NCBI GenBank assembly: GCA_964016885.1
Contig: OZ024749.1
Location: 25,730,001 to 25,794,000 of the forward strand
Direction: 5' to 3'
DNA: 64,000 nt
From: Eledone cirrhosa
Lineage: Eukaryota
In this document: positions 25,873 to 40,005 of the stretch, piece after piece
How positions within the stretch are numbered: position 1 is the first letter of the stretch
Layout of the letters: the number at the start of each line of letters is the position of its first letter
The notes under the pieces: model-generated
What the model saw: only the letters and a program-made list of their open reading frames with translations
Database searches by the model: none
What the model was told of the DNA's origin: nothing
Made by a program: the position numbers and the translations under genes

Positions 25873-27060
25873 CTACAGGATGGTATACAGAGAAGGCCCA
25901 TTTACACGAGCCATTCTCGCCACTATCACCCACCTTTCATAAAACTGCCTGTGGCCAAGCACCTCTCTCTCCATTCTTATCCTTCTTCCGAAGTGATATC
26001 GGAAGGAGTAGACCAGACTATGGCCAGAGAGGAAGTTGCCTGACCTCAGACCTTTCAATCGTGTCCACCAAACAACCTCTTTCAACATGGCTATTACGCA
26101 CAGAAAAACCGCCTTTGCTTCCTCTGTGAAGAGGGGAGGCGGTTTGATAGTCATCACGGACTCGGCGGTCAATTTAATCGGCGCCACCCGCGACAGCAAT
26201 CGTTCGGCGTAGCCCCACAGATCAGCCACGCCGGGACATTGCACCAATGCGTGCGCAACGGTTTCTTCGTGACGCACGCATCTAGGGCAAATCTTTTTTG
26301 AGGGATCCCTGCCCGGGCGCCCGTGTCTGTAGAGCCTCTCTGGAACGGGTAGAGCCCCCCGGTAGCACTGCCAGGCTAGTGACTTCTGGAAGTTGTCCAT
26401 TGGTCCTGGGCCGAAAGTCCTACCGAACAGGCTGGCCAGTTCGTCTTCTTCCATGTCAAGCGACTCACCAAGGGTGTCATCGCCCCTGCTAGCCACCAGC
26501 CCTCTATAGAATGATGAGGTGGATTCTCCACCGATGGCCTGGCCCGCTTGCCAGAGAGCCCTGAACGCCTGAGCACACTCAGTGTGCCAGTTTCCCAGTT
26601 TTCCGGATCTTTGCTTGACCCAGGACTGTAGCTCGGTGAGCGAGACGAGTCTCGGAAAGGCTCGTTTCACGAACGGAGCCCACACCGGTTGACCAGTGAG
26701 GAATACCTGTAGGTGCCGTAGCCTTAATGCGTGCCTACGCATCATCAACCACAGCATCCCCAGCCCTCCTTTCGAAGGTTGTTGGCAGCAGATGGATCTT
26801 CTCACCATAGGAGGGCGCTTCTTCCAAAGAAATTGGAAGAGCATGCGTTCCATGGTGGTGAGTGTTTCTTTAGGGCAAGGCACGACAGTCAGGCGGTAGT
26901 AAGTGACGGACGCTATGTAAATGTTCGCAACCTCCGCCCGGCCTTTTAGGGACAGCTTACACTTGGCCCATTTCTGGGTTAGTGCAACCACCCAACACCT
27001 TGTTCGTAACCTCGTTCCAGTTCTTATCCACCTGGAGGTCCGGTCCAAACCAGACCCCAA
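25873..27060 (-). pseudogene. LINE ORF2 C-terminal part (frameshifted)
   Basis: LSLKGRA, FLW, KGGLG, CPRC..EETVAHAL..CP, typical of the L1/Tx1 ORF2 C-terminus. Confidence 0.88.
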
Positions 27061-28159
27061 GCAACTTTACCGGGCCCTCCGTCCAGTGTCCGACGACACC
27101 GTCAGGAGGCATCGGTCTGCCTCTCCACGTTCCGAGTTGCAGCCCGATGGATTTTTCCCGGTTCAGTTTCGCTCCTGACAACCTTTCGTACTCCTCCAGT
27201 AAGGTACCGATCGCCTCGATCTCCGAGTCGGTCGATACCATTACTGTTACGTGATCGGCGTAGGCCGACACCGCTTTGCTCAATCCTGGTTCCAGGGGGA
27301 TACCCTGCAACAACTCCAACTTCCTCAGTAAAGGCTCGAGAGTCAATACGTACAGAAGGGAGGAGAGAGGGCACCCCTGTAGAATGGATCGTGTGATTTC
27401 GAACGGCTTCGAAAGGTAGCCGTTCACCTTGATCCTAGAACAGATGTGGTTGCTATGTAAGGCAGTGATCCAGCCTCTGAAAGCAGGACCGAACCCAGCC
27501 GCCGCTAGCACCGCATCCAGGTAACCATGGTCGACCCTATCGAAGGCCTTAGACTGATCCAAGTTGATCAGGGCCCCACCGAAGCCGGGTTTGTTGCCAA
27601 CCCTCTCTATGATGTATCGCATGAGGTGGAGGTTATCGTGAATGGACCTGGATGGGATAGCACATGTCTGCGCATCTCCCACCAGGCCACCCACGACAAG
27701 CGCCAACCTCTTTGCTAACACCTTGGCCAAAATCTTTAACTCTGTGTTTATCAGGGTTATGGGCCGAAAATTATTTATACTATCTCCCTTGTTCTCGTCC
27801 TTCCTCACCAGCGTGACTACGCCCTTGGCTACAGAACAAGGAATTCTCCCGTTCTGCTGCCAATTGCAGTAGACCGCTTCGAGGAGTTCGGAGAAGAAGA
27901 CCGGCATTGCTAAATAAAGTTCGTAAGGTATACCATCGAGACCTGGAGATTTGCGTCTGCTGCATTGGCTCAGCGTATCTCCGATCTCATCAGCCGAGAT
28001 TGGTCCCTCGCAGGATTCTGCCTCTTCACTCGAGAGACGCGGTAGGCCGTCGAGGTATGGACCGAAATCCACGCCCCCGCCCGGACCCTCGCCTCCCCCG
28101 AACAATCGGGCAAAGTGTCTTTGAAAAGCCTCGCACATCTGCTTAGGCTCCCGGATCAC
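26957..28159 (-). pseudogene. LINE ORF2 reverse transcriptase part (frameshifted; YADD changed to YADH)
   Basis: KSPGLDG, FRPITLIN..KILAK, LDQSKAFDRV, QGCPLS, YADH. Confidence 0.92.
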
Positions 28160-29283
28160 CCGTCCATCTTCGTCTTAGCTTCTGTCACGCGGGCCCAGCC
28201 AACGGCTTTTGCCCCCTCATTACTTAGAGCACGTATTTTACTTCGAATGACGCAGCCTTCGTGCTTTGCATCGAAAAACTGGTTCAAGGCCGTCCTCGAT
28301 GCCAGCACTCTGGCCACATCTTCGCTCTTGATTGCCTCTTCTAATTTACCTGTTAATTCTTTCTCGTTTCTATTCCTATCGGCAGCTAACATCTTGCTAT
28401 AACTTATTGATTCTGTTCTAATCTCTCTTTTGAGAGATGCCCACCATCGGTTGTTGTCGATTGCACCCGTCAACCTCTCCTTAACTAATCTGCTAATCCG
28501 GTTTCTGTAAGCCTCTTTTGCCGGTAAAGACAAATTAAGTTTCCAGTAATCGGGACCCTGTTTTTGTGTTTTCTCGAGATTGACTACGCAGGTCACTAAT
28601 TTGTGATCCGTGTAGCCAACCGTGCGCATTTCTGGACAGCTTAATATGTCCCTATCCTTACTTCTAACTAAGAATCTATCTAAGTACGATCTAGATTGAC
28701 CACTGTGGTTTCTCCAAGTCCAGGTAGGCACAGTTGGAAAATCTAGTCGATATCTATCGACCAAGTTAAAACGGTCGAGTAACCCCTTGAGGCTGTTACA
28801 TCCCCCTCTATTAGGACATGATCCTGCATAGTCCCAACGTGCATCTATGATGTCATTCCAATCCCCCGCTAGAAGCAGGGAACGCGACGTTCCCAGAAAA
28901 GTCTCCAAACGCTGGAAGAAGTCGGGCCGTTCAGCTCCGAAACGGGAGTAGACGGCGACCAGTCTCAAGGCCGCACTTTCACTACTGCCAACGTCTAGCA
29001 CCAACAAACGACCCTCCGGGTCCGAGTGCACAACCTGTACGGCAAGACCCAGGTGTTTTTGCAGCAGTACGACAACCCCGCCCCCACCTCCAGGTTGACA
29101 GAGAGATGCATGCACCTCAAAGTCATCGAAGGTAGGGGCCAGCTTCCGCACGACGCTGATCCGAGTCTCACAGATAACCATTACATTTATACTACATGAC
29201 CTGAGGTCATTTAGAAGCTTTGCTTGCTTCCAAGTTGAGCCCAGGCCACGTGCATTCAAACATCCTACTCTTAACACATCCAT
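28156..29283 (-). pseudogene. LINE ORF2 AP endonuclease part
   Basis: LNARGL, CET, GDWN, TW, SYLDRFLV, TDH, YWKLN. Frameshift at ~28157. Confidence 0.92.
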
Positions 29284-29407
29284 GTGGGCGGCAGAGCCAA
29301 AGGAGCGTGTAGAGACCTACCTTTCCGCTTCCCGGGGTTCGGGTTGCACGACTTCCATGGGGTCGGGGGTGTTGGGTGAAGGGGTATCTTGTGGTGGTGT
29401 GGGGTCG

Positions 29408-31281
29408 TCAGTGTGTGGTGGGGTTGGGGTGTTTGGAGTTGTGTTGGGGAGGGGAAGGGGAGGGGGAAAGTTGTTTTAGTAGGACGCGGTTTATGGGTTT
29501 GACAGAGGGTGGTCCTACGTCCTCCTTAAAATCCTTTTTTAGTTTTTGGTAGAGGTTCATTGGGATCTTTATTAATTTTAAATGTGGGTAGTTTTCTGAA
29601 GAAACAAAGTGTACACCTTCGGTTTGTACCGAAGTATTATTGTATATGAGTTCATTTAATTTATTATTGTTTCTGTTGATGTAAGTATAGTGTAATGTCT
29701 TTTTTTCGGATGGTGTGAGTGTTTCGAAGAGGGGAGGGGCAGCATTGGTTTTGTTTGTTGCTGGAGGGGTGTTTTCTGTTTTGTTGGATTGTGTTGAGAT
29801 TTGGTTGGGGGTTGTTTGGCCTTGTGTGTTTTGCACATGTTTTCTTTTTTTCCTTTTAATCTGTCTGAAGGACTCCGTTTCTTCCTCCGAATTCGTTGGG
29901 TTATCTTCAGTGTTAGAGGGAAGAGGTATGTTTGCTGGTAATGTTTCCGTGTTGGTTTTCTTTGTGGGGGAGATGGATGTCACTATGTTAGACTGTGTTG
30001 TGTGTTGTGTCTGCGGTGGTTGTATTGTTTTATTGAGTGAGAGGTTGGGTGGGCCTGTATTTTGTCTTGGGGTAATATGTTGTGACTGTTTGTGTTGTGG
30101 TGGTGGTGTGGTTTTACTGAGGGACGGGTTGGGTGGGACTGAGTTTTGTTGTTTGTTTATCTGTTGTGGTGGTGGTGGTGGAGCTGGTGTTGGTAGCAGG
30201 GTTTTCTTTTTGTTGAGTTGGGGACAAGCGGCCTTCAGGTGCCCTCTGCCTGCACAGATATGGCAGGACGGCCTTCTCCCCTCCACGCTAATGTTTATAT
30301 ACCCGTGGTCCTCTAATAGGATTCTGTCGGGTATTTGGGCGATGCGTTCAGGCTTCATTTGCACTACCAGCTCTATACCTGTTCCACTGAACGCATTGCC
30401 TGTGGTTTTCCCAATGGAAATCACGTTGTCATTCACTGGATCGATGAAGCCAGCTATGAGCCAGCAGTAGTCCACATCTGGCATCATTGCATCCAGCCAT
30501 ATGCGTTGAGTTCTTTTACCCATATAAGATGGATAAAAGGTAAAATTTTGAGTTCTTTTACCCATATAAGATGGATAAAAGGTAAAATTTTTCGAACGAA
30601 TCGGTGACAAAGCACATTTTTTTGCCGCCGATTAGTTCTTCATGATAATTGCTAGGCTTCCATACAGTCTGTCTTTTCTTATGAAAGTGGTTTCATTAAG
30701 TACTTCTGTGAGTACTGTTTTGATATCTGCTTGAGAAGGCTGTTCAGGTTTTTTTGTACTGTTGTTGATGGTCCGAAACTTGACCGTTCGGCTTTCAATG
30801 TCTTTGGTGAATTCTTGAGGCATTTTTACCGATAAAATACCATTCTCTCCTTCACTTATGTATTGTTTTGCGTCTGTGATTCTTCGTGCCACATCTGAAA
30901 TATTTTCCGGTATATAAGTCAAAGATTTCTTTGTTTTCTGTGCAAATGAAATCTTGTCGTCTGCTTTGCTTTCTGTTATGGTGTTATTTTCAAATGTTAC
31001 TTTTGTGTTTGTTGTGTCTTTGTTTGTGTTATTAGTATTGTCATGCAATTTTTCAAATTTTTTTTTTCGTTGTTGGAATCCATGTCCAGATTTGTGTTTT
31101 CGTCATTTTTTTTCTCCGCAGATTCGTCTGTTTTTATTTTAATTTTTCCTTCCTTCTCTATGACGTTAGTTGGGAAGAAAGGGGGGACTAAAGCGTGCGA
31201 GCTTACCGCTGTCCCCCCACCACTATTTTCGTTCGCTGCGTTTAACATTTCTGTTAGACGATTGAAATTTTTTGGCCACAA
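29408..31281 (-). pseudogene. LINE ORF1 (gag-like, zinc knuckle), disrupted
   Basis: CHICAGRGHLKAAC. Frameshift in the homopolymer run at ~31060, in-frame TAA at 30632, in-frame 42-bp tandem duplication at 30507-30590 (NFTFYPSYMGKRTQ x2). Confidence 0.8.
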
Positions 31282-31474
31282 AATTTTTTAAAACAGGTTT
31301 CTCACCTCTAGGAGGGGTAAATATGAGCTGACCCACCGCCTGACAGTTCAGACGGGGGGTCAAGCTACACAATTGTATCAAAATTAAATTTGAACTCACA
31401 AAATTTCCGCAATAAATTTGAACAAAACTTCTGCGCGAAGTGAATTACATCCACACTGTAGAACAGACGACAGC

Positions 31475-31544
<70 letters not shown>

Positions 31545-31888
31545 CCTATCAGTATATATTTGGCGGCTGAGGGAAACGACTACTCAATATCGTAGCAAAC
31601 TTTTAAAATTTGTTATTTCTCTAAATTTACTCGCTGATTTACGTAATATTCTAAATATGTAATTAAAAATACATTTTTCACACACTCCTATCACTCAGAA
31701 CAGAATTTCCTATTGGCTGTGCCGATACTACGTTGAGTAATCCTTTCATTTAAATCATAACATAGCAATCCTGGTTTCCAAAAATATCTACGTTGAAAAG
31801 TATTCCAGATATTATTTACAGCGCTGGTCTATTATTGTCCATCTGTACATAGACATATATAAAGTGGATTACTCCATTATAATTATTC

Positions 31889-31927
<39 letters not shown>

Positions 31928-31995
31928 TATGTGTGTGTGTGTATGTATATATATATATGTCTATATATATATATATGTGTGTGTTTGTGGGTGTG

Positions 31996-32073
<78 letters not shown>

Positions 32074-32099
32074 AGTGTGTATATATATATATACGTTCG

Positions 32100-32235
32100 G
32101 TTCTAGCTCTCAAAACGGCAGGAGTCAGCCGTCGGTGTCGTGATTCTTTTCCTATTACTTACTCTACCACCCTAAGTATCGAGTACTCTGGTGCGTTATG
32201 GTCCACCTGGTTCCTTACTACACTTTCTTTGTTAT
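32100..32235 (+). mobile_element. Family A PLE 3' terminus fragment
   Basis: Matches 25020-25142 and ends GTTA + TA repeat. Confidence 0.85.
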
Positions 32236-32264
32236 ATATATCTAGGGCGGATAAGATTCCCTAG

Positions 32265-32405
32265 ATCAATGGACGAGTTCTCTCCAGCGGTCTCTGTCCC
32301 TCATTATCGCTGCCATGTCCTATGACTCCAAGAGTCCATATCTGTGCTTAGGGCATCGACATATGTCTTCCTCTTCCAGTGTGCCGATGCAGGGGCTCAC
32401 ACTGT
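32265..32405 (-). mobile_element. Probable RTE-clade LINE 3' fragment
   Basis: Decayed minus-strand frames give KTYVDAL and MRDRDRWR, resembling RTE C-termini. Confidence 0.45.
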
Positions 32406-32419
32406 TATATATATAACTA

Positions 32420-32436
32420 TATAGATAGATAGATAT

Positions 32437-32519
<83 letters not shown>

Positions 32520-32520
32520 T

Positions 32521-32610
<90 letters not shown>

Positions 32611-32625
32611 TGATAGATAGATAGA
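32420..32625. repeat. (GATA)n microsatellite
   Basis: Direct reading. Confidence 0.95.
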
Positions 32626-32870
32626 TATAGTAGAATCATCCACTATTATTTTTGTCAAGATGCGTAAAGCTCAATGTGTATAGCGTATATAGGGCCGACT
32701 TAAGCAGGAATGCAAGCCTAATCTAATGGGTTAATATCTTAGAAGTTGAACACAGTGAAGGTCGCAGAGCATAAATAATTAATAGTGAATATTAGAAAGG
32801 TTGCTAATCCGAATTCACATTTCATCTCCTGTAATTTGAATAGCAGCTTTGCTTTCGTTATATATATGTA

Positions 32871-34539
32871 CTAGCTGAGGTACCCAGCTTCGCCAATGTT
32901 AACAAATGATAAGAAAAGACTGGCAGACGAGAAAACGTCTGTATTGAATGTATTGTCTTGTTTACAGTGTCGTGTGTGTGTATGTTTGTGTATGTTTGTG
33001 TATATATATGTGTGTGTGGGTGTGTGAGTGTTCGTGTGTGTGTATATATATGTGCCTGTGTGTGTATATGTGTTTGTGTGTGCCTGTGTGAATGTTCATG
33101 TGTGTGCTTGTGCATGTGTGTGTAAACCACCGTTGGAATCGGAGACATAGGCCGCGAAACACGATCAACACTGACAACGAACTCGCAGAGAGAATCCCTT
33201 GTGGTTGATTCCCAGCCTGCTAGAAATAGCAGTCAGGTTGTTTAGCATACGTGGTATGTCTTTCTTCTTCTTTGGTGTTATAAAATTAGTATCAATAAAG
33301 TTTTCTGGATATACTCTTATCCCAAACCTGTACATACTTTCCGATTGCCACTTTCCGTTTTTTCGTGTGATACTGGAAGGAACCAACCAACAAACATCTC
33401 TCTTTTATTTGTTCATTCAAAATATTTTTCAGCTAATTATGTCGTACAATATACGTCAGCAATCGTTATCTAACGTTTAAAACATATGAATAGCTGCAAT
33501 ATATGCACCATATCAATAAAAAACGATATGAGAATTGAATACCATACTAAAGCGCCAGTAAGCTTTTTAAGAACTGCAGATAGATATGCTAATAAATACA
33601 ACATTTGGCTTGGGTAAAGTTTAAGATGTTCTTTCATTATAGGTTTCTTTTCTCAGCCGGTACGTTAAAGAAAACTGATAGTTACAACAATAAATATTGA
33701 ACAGAGAACAACTTTTTTAACAAACTTTACAATAATTTGTACAACCATAATGGAAATTCCAAGTAACAGAACATACATAAATTACATTGTTAGAGCCTCA
33801 GAGTATACAATATTCTTTGTTCGGCCCTCGCGAGCAAAGATGAAGCGATTGTTTGGCGAGCTCAACCTAGAACATCCTACATGCAATTGACCATGGTTTT
33901 CCCAGACGAAGGCCAGCCACGTTTAGGGTGTGACCCTGACCTTTGTTGATGGTAATCGCGAAGCTTAGTCTCTCTGTTGCTCTAGTAATATTTTTTCTTC
34001 TGAAATATCTGTCTAGGACTTTTTGGGTGGCATATCGGCAGTAACAATGACAATAAGCCGTCTGTGCTTTCGTGAAATAAATACGTTTTTTATAACATTT
34101 TTTCTTCTGGAAAATCTGATCTTGCAGCCAGGCTGGGTCTTTTTGGGTGGCAATGACGATAAGCCGCCTGTGCTTTCGTGAAATAAATACGTTTGTTTAT
34201 ATTTTGTTTTTGTGTATGCAAAAATATCTGTACACGAATATATAATTATATATATATATATATTAAAATAACAGATTAAAGTTTAAGCAAAGAATCGCTG
34301 CTTTCACCCTTAAACTAAAAAAATCAATCTGTGAACGCAAAAGTAAATATTTCGAAAAAACGTTGCAACCGAAAGAAAACAGGAAGATGATACTTTTGTT
34401 CGTGAAGATGTTAGGAATGTCGTATAACCGGAAGTGTTAACATTTGAAAATTTTAAAGAAGTGAATATTTAAATAATGTCTTTAATCTTTTAACAAAATT
34501 CAGTAGACAAAAATACCCTCGCTTGGCGTCAGCTTTATA

Positions 34540-34546
<7 letters not shown>
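32871..34546 (-). mobile_element. Probable non-autonomous Helitron with a nested family E fragment
   Basis: On -: 5' end TATACTATAAAGC, 3' end hairpin GCTGGGTACCTCAGC running into CTAG followed by T, and an internal microsatellite. That both ends belong to one element is inferred. Confidence 0.5.
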
Positions 34547-34599
<53 letters not shown>

Positions 34600-34602
<3 letters not shown>

Positions 34603-34850
34603 TAATAATAGTAATAATAATAAATTTGAAGACTAAAATCCAAAGAGGGCTCGATAAAGATAAATATATATCAAATATATAAGAACCGTAGAGCAAACAT
34701 TTATTAAAATAACAGATTAACGTTTAAGCAAAGAATCGCTGCTTTCACTCTTAACGGGATCTTCTGAAACTAAAAAAAGTCAATCTGTGAACGCAGAAGT
34801 AAAAATGTCAAAAAACGTTGCAACCGGGGGAAGAGTGGTAGACGATACTT
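34600..34850 (-). mobile_element. Family E PLE terminus with HHR-like motif at 34721-34771
   Basis: On -: AGTTTCAGAAGATCCCGTTAAGAGTGAAAGCAGCGATTCTTTGCTTAAAC plus a tail joined to (TA)n. Confidence 0.75.
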
Positions 34851-34879
34851 TGGTATGTGTATGAATTTTGATAAGCATC

Positions 34880-34972
34880 CATACACACGCACACGCATAC
34901 ATGCACACACTCTCTCTTTCTCTCTCTCTCACACACACATACACACTCGCACACACACACGCACACACACAG

Positions 34973-35043
<71 letters not shown>

Positions 35044-35064
35044 TATATATATACATATTTATAC

Positions 35065-35122
<58 letters not shown>

Positions 35123-35160
35123 TTGTTTTAATATATATGTGTATGTGTGTGTATGTGTCT

Positions 35161-35207
<47 letters not shown>

Positions 35208-35237
35208 TGTGTGTGTGTGTGTGTGCGTGTGTGTGTG

Positions 35238-35314
<77 letters not shown>

Positions 35315-35335
35315 ATGTGTGAGTGTGTGTGTTTT
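34880..35335. repeat. Compound (CA)n/(TA)n/(GA)n/(GT)n microsatellites
   Basis: Direct reading. Confidence 0.9.
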
Positions 35336-36545
35336 TCTGTGGATTTAGCTTTGTGTAGTACATCTTCAATTTCTATTCTCCAAATCCAGTGATTTACTGT
35401 TCATCATCTCTATGGCTTATTTATTGCTCATATATATATTTTTCCGTCTTATTTTCTGATGGTTTTCCATTGATTTTGAAAATTATATATTTATGCATCT
35501 ATTTAACCATTTTTTTTTATTTGATAATGCTCTTCTTATCGTTTTTTTTTTTTGTCTTTGTTTTCATACATAGGTTTTGATTTATATAATTTTTTGATTT
35601 TCCAAGAGTTTCTTCTGTTTTGTTTATTTCATAAATTTATGAATCTGTATAAAAGTTTTCTAATAGACTCCTTCTAGTGCCTTGCTGTATTTCTATCTCT
35701 TCTATGTTTATATTCACTCCCACTTCCCTGCTAAATTTATTCTAATAAATCATCCTCATTCTTTTCCCCTTCTTCATCTAAACCGCCTTAATATACGTAA
35801 TAATTATAGGTCATAAGGTTAAAAACATTTCAAACTTTAAATATATTTCTTTTCTTCAACGCTTCCATTGTTTCAATTATCTAAATATCTTCTACGTGTT
35901 AAATATTGCTACGTAACCACCCCGTCTTATTTTCAGTATTTGTTATTCTGAATTATTAAATTAAATTCTAGAATGTGTATAAAAACAACCCTCTTGATTA
36001 ATTTGATTTAGATATAATTAACAATATATTTTTGATCAATTTAATTTCGATTTAATTCCGCCAGTCTGATTCTATTTATTTAATCCAGATACATAATTCC
36101 ATAGCAACCATCTTAAACATATATTCATAGAAAGATTTCATATTTATCCCAGTTTTATTTCCACTCTTCTATGTAAGCCTGGAAAATACTTTTTTAAACT
36201 AAAGATATTTTTGGATACATATAATGATTTCAGCTTTGAAGATCTATTGATATTTGTAGAAAGAATAATTATCATTAAAAACAACAACACTGTGTTAGTC
36301 TCATTTAATCTGCAATCAGCGCGCGATGAATTGGAAATGTCGGTAGAGCATCGGATAACATGCTATATGGCATACTGTATGGCTCTTTAAATGCAGAGTT
36401 CAAATCCTGCTGAAGTACGCTTTCCCTTTCATCCTTACGGGATCATGACATAAAATGCCACTAAAGAACTTGGGTCGATGTATTCGAGTTCTCTTACGCC
36501 CAAGAGAAACTATTTAATCAGCAATCACACTCGTTTATTTGTGTA

Positions 36546-36732
36546 AATAATTGTTTCTACTTTTGGCACAAGGCCAGCAATTACGCAGTACATTACTGGT
36601 ACTTTATTTTATCGACCCCGTAAGGATGAAAGACAAAGTTAACCTCGGCGGGCTGTGAACTCAGACTGTAAAGGGACGTAACTATGCTAGAAAGCATGGC
36701 GTCCAACCCTCTACCGATACTGCCAATTCACC
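36546..36732 (-). mobile_element. tRNA-head SINE with TSD
   Basis: Reverse complement of the consensus. TSD TTGTGTAAATAAT. Confidence 0.9.
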
Positions 36733-37096
36733 TTGTGTAAATAATGGTATCATGTGAGCTGGAATGTCTCTTCCAGCTCGATTCCCTCACCATACTCCAG
36801 GGAAACACCTTCACCATACTTTCCGCCAGGGTCACAGGATGACCAGTCCGCTGGGACTCCCATTTGCTCATATTATTGAGAAACGGGGCGAGTGGAAGAG
36901 ACTATGACGGAAGACACTGACAGTGGAAGTTTGGTTCCTTTGTGTTCGGAGCTGGTGTATATGTATATGTTTCATAGACACAACCATAAGTTCAGTCACA
37001 ATAACTCTCCCACCCAAACACTATAAACCAATGTACCATCTGCCGTGCTGTGCCACTTTACTTTTCTACTCTATGTTTATTATTTACACTTTAGAA

Positions 37097-37281
37097 TGGA
37101 TTGGCAGTATCGGTAGAGGGTCGGACGCCATGCTTTCCAGCATAGTTACGTCCCTTTACGATCTGAGTTCAAATCCCGCCGAGGTTGACTTTGCCTTTCA
37201 TCCTTACGGGGTCAATAAAATAAAGTACCAGTAATGCACTGGGTAATTGCTGGCCTTGTGCCTAATGTAGAAACAATTATT
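37097..37281 (+). mobile_element. tRNA-head SINE with TSD
   Basis: TSD ATTATTT(A/T)CACTTTAGAAT. Confidence 0.9.
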
Positions 37282-39359
37282 TTCACTTTAGAATATTAAA
37301 ATTATTAGATATTAATCTAATAATACTGTAATACAGAGTTTCATTGTTTCCACTGGGAGGAATTTAATAATTTTATGCAGATAATTGTATACTAAAATAA
37401 AAATAGAAATGGTTCTTAAATTTCCTACAGATTTGTGTAATAATAAAAGTGCAAATGCAATCAGCTACTTTTAGTATATATATAGTTCTGTCTATAGACT
37501 TTTTAATGATCGACGCCTGATTTATATCGACTTTCATCTTGGGTTATTTGCACTTTAGTTCTTATACAAAACTGTTCAAACGATTGAAGGTTTTTCCTAA
37601 CGTTATAGTGCTGATACCACATAATAAGGAAATAAAATAACTGTAAATACAGCACAAGAAATATAACAATAGGGTACCTGCAACGCTATGTACATTGTTG
37701 TTATTGTTGTTGTTGCTGTTGTTGTTTAGATGTGGAAAAGAAATCCCCACAAAATAACAAACTGATCGTAAAATGGAACACCAAAAATTAAAAACATAAA
37801 CAACCACGATTAAAACACAAGATAACAATAGGTTGATGAAGGAAATAGAATAAAAACATTTTAAAAGCGAGAGAAAAAGAACTGGTAAAATATCATTATT
37901 CAATGTTAACATGCTTTCGACATTTACTTTTATGTTTAAATCTAAACAAATAAATACCTGCTACAACGGAACCATCTCACACAATCCCCTCACCACCAGA
38001 AACAAGCCATAAACGTACCTGAAAAAAAACACACGTAATATTAAAAGTCCCCCATCAACCAATCAAAATGCACGTAAAAATGTATACACGAATGAATTGG
38101 ACATCAAATTTAATACCAAATTGATCACAGTTCCTTGGTCAGGTATAAAACCTTTCTGAAACACTGAAACACTGATGTAAAAAGTAATAATCAGGTGGGA
38201 GAAATTTACAGCTAGGTTTGTTTACCCTTTAAAATGAAGCGAAGGGAAAACACATATGTGTACTAAACCAACAACCAGCCGAACTCCACACCAATTGAAC
38301 ATAAATAAATAGGTAAATATATAAATAAATATATATATATATATAAATAAAACCGTTCGTGAGTCTAAATTAATTCAAATAGAAATATCGATAAATAAAC
38401 AGTGACATAATTTACAGTTTGGGGCAAATTGAAAACAAACAGACAAATAGAAAAAAATAAAAACCGGAACACCAAATTAAGAGCATAAGAGTTGTAAAAG
38501 AAAAATAAATAAACTCTAAAGACAAAATATCATTACATAAAATAGACCATTTTAATTTAGAACCCTGTAATTTAAAATAATCTCAATTGAATATCAATAG
38601 AACGCCAGACGTGAACACCAACACCAAACATTAACCATCGTATAATAAATATTACAAAAAAAAAAGATAAAATAAAATTACAAAATAGAGAAAGCAGAAT
38701 AAAATATACGAAACAAGAATAAATTTCACCCTAAAACAAACAAAATAAAATAAAATAAAAATTTACAAAGAAAAAAAATATAATAAGAAACTAAAAGAAA
38801 AGAATTTACAAAGAAAAAGAATTTACGAAAATTATAACAAACTTTTACAATAATGAAATAAAATAAATAATATTACAAAAAAAGATTAAAATTTAATAAA
38901 AAATAAAATTTACAAAGAATTAAATATAATTTAAGAAAGAAAATAATGCAATGTACAAAGAATGAATAAAATTTACAAAAAATAAAAGAAAATTTTAGGA
39001 ATAAAATAAAATAAATGATATTACAAAAAAAGATTAAAATTTAATGAAAAATAAAATTTACAAAATTTTAAAACTACACACAAGAACATATATAGACAGA
39101 TAAAACAAAAATACACATACACTATACAAAAGAATATTAATGAACAGACACGCAGTTTACAATTATCCAAAATTTAACACCATAAACCAAAATAATAATA
39201 ATAATAATAACAATAATAATAGAAATAAACAGCAATAAATAAAACAGCAATAATAATAGAAATAAACAGCAATAAATAAAACAGTGAAACTTTAAGCACA
39301 ATGAAGGTACATTAAATTAAATGCAGAAGATAAAGAAAGAATAGGAGGTAACAAAAACA

Positions 39360-40005
39360 AGAACAAGAGCAACTACAAGAACAATAACAGCATCAGCATC
39401 GACAGCAGCATCAACGGGAGTAACAGAAGCAACAACCGCAGCAATAACAATAATAACAACAGCATCAACAACAACAGCAACAACAATAACAACAGCAACA
39501 ATAATAACAGCACCAGCATCGACAGCAGCATCAACAGGAGTAACAGAAGCAACAACTGCAGCAATAACAATAACAACAGCATCAACAACAACAACAGCAT
39601 TAACGACAACAGTAACAACAATGATAACAGAATCAACAGCAACAGCAATAACAACAGTAACATCAGTATCAATAACAACAACAACAACATTAACGACAAC
39701 AGTAACAAGAACAGTAACAACACCAACAACAACAAGTACAACAATTACAACATTAACGACAACAGTAACATCAACAACAACAACAATAAAATATTAACGA
39801 CTACAGTAACAACAACAACAACAAAAATAACAATATTAACGACAACAGTAACAACAGCAACAGCAACAACAGTAACAACAATAGCAATAACAACAGTAAC
39901 AACAACAGCAACAACAACATTAACTACAACAGCCTCAACAACAACAACAACAACAGCATTAACAACAACAGTAACAACAGCAACTGCAACAGCAACAATA
40001 GTAAA
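39360..40005. repeat. Degenerate (AAC/AGC)n array with higher-order repeats
   Basis: CAGCATCGACAGCAGCATCAAC(G/A)GGAGTAACAGAAGCAACAAC is repeated at ~39394 and ~39514. Confidence 0.85.

Larger units (their letters stand above)
25655..31474 (-). mobile_element. Near-full-length L1-clade (Tx1-like) non-LTR retrotransposon inside (GATA)n
   Basis: ORF1 with a CCHC knuckle, ORF2 with APE-RT-CCHC, AATAAA at the 3' end, (TAGA)n on both flanks (25634-25654 and 31475-31544). Confidence 0.92.

Noticed and set aside
29715-30470. 251-aa plus-strand ORF
   Set aside because: Antisense shadow of the A/C-rich LINE ORF1.
35700-36260. Possible decayed LINE ORF2 on the - strand
   Set aside because: Only scattered 3-4 residue hints were found.
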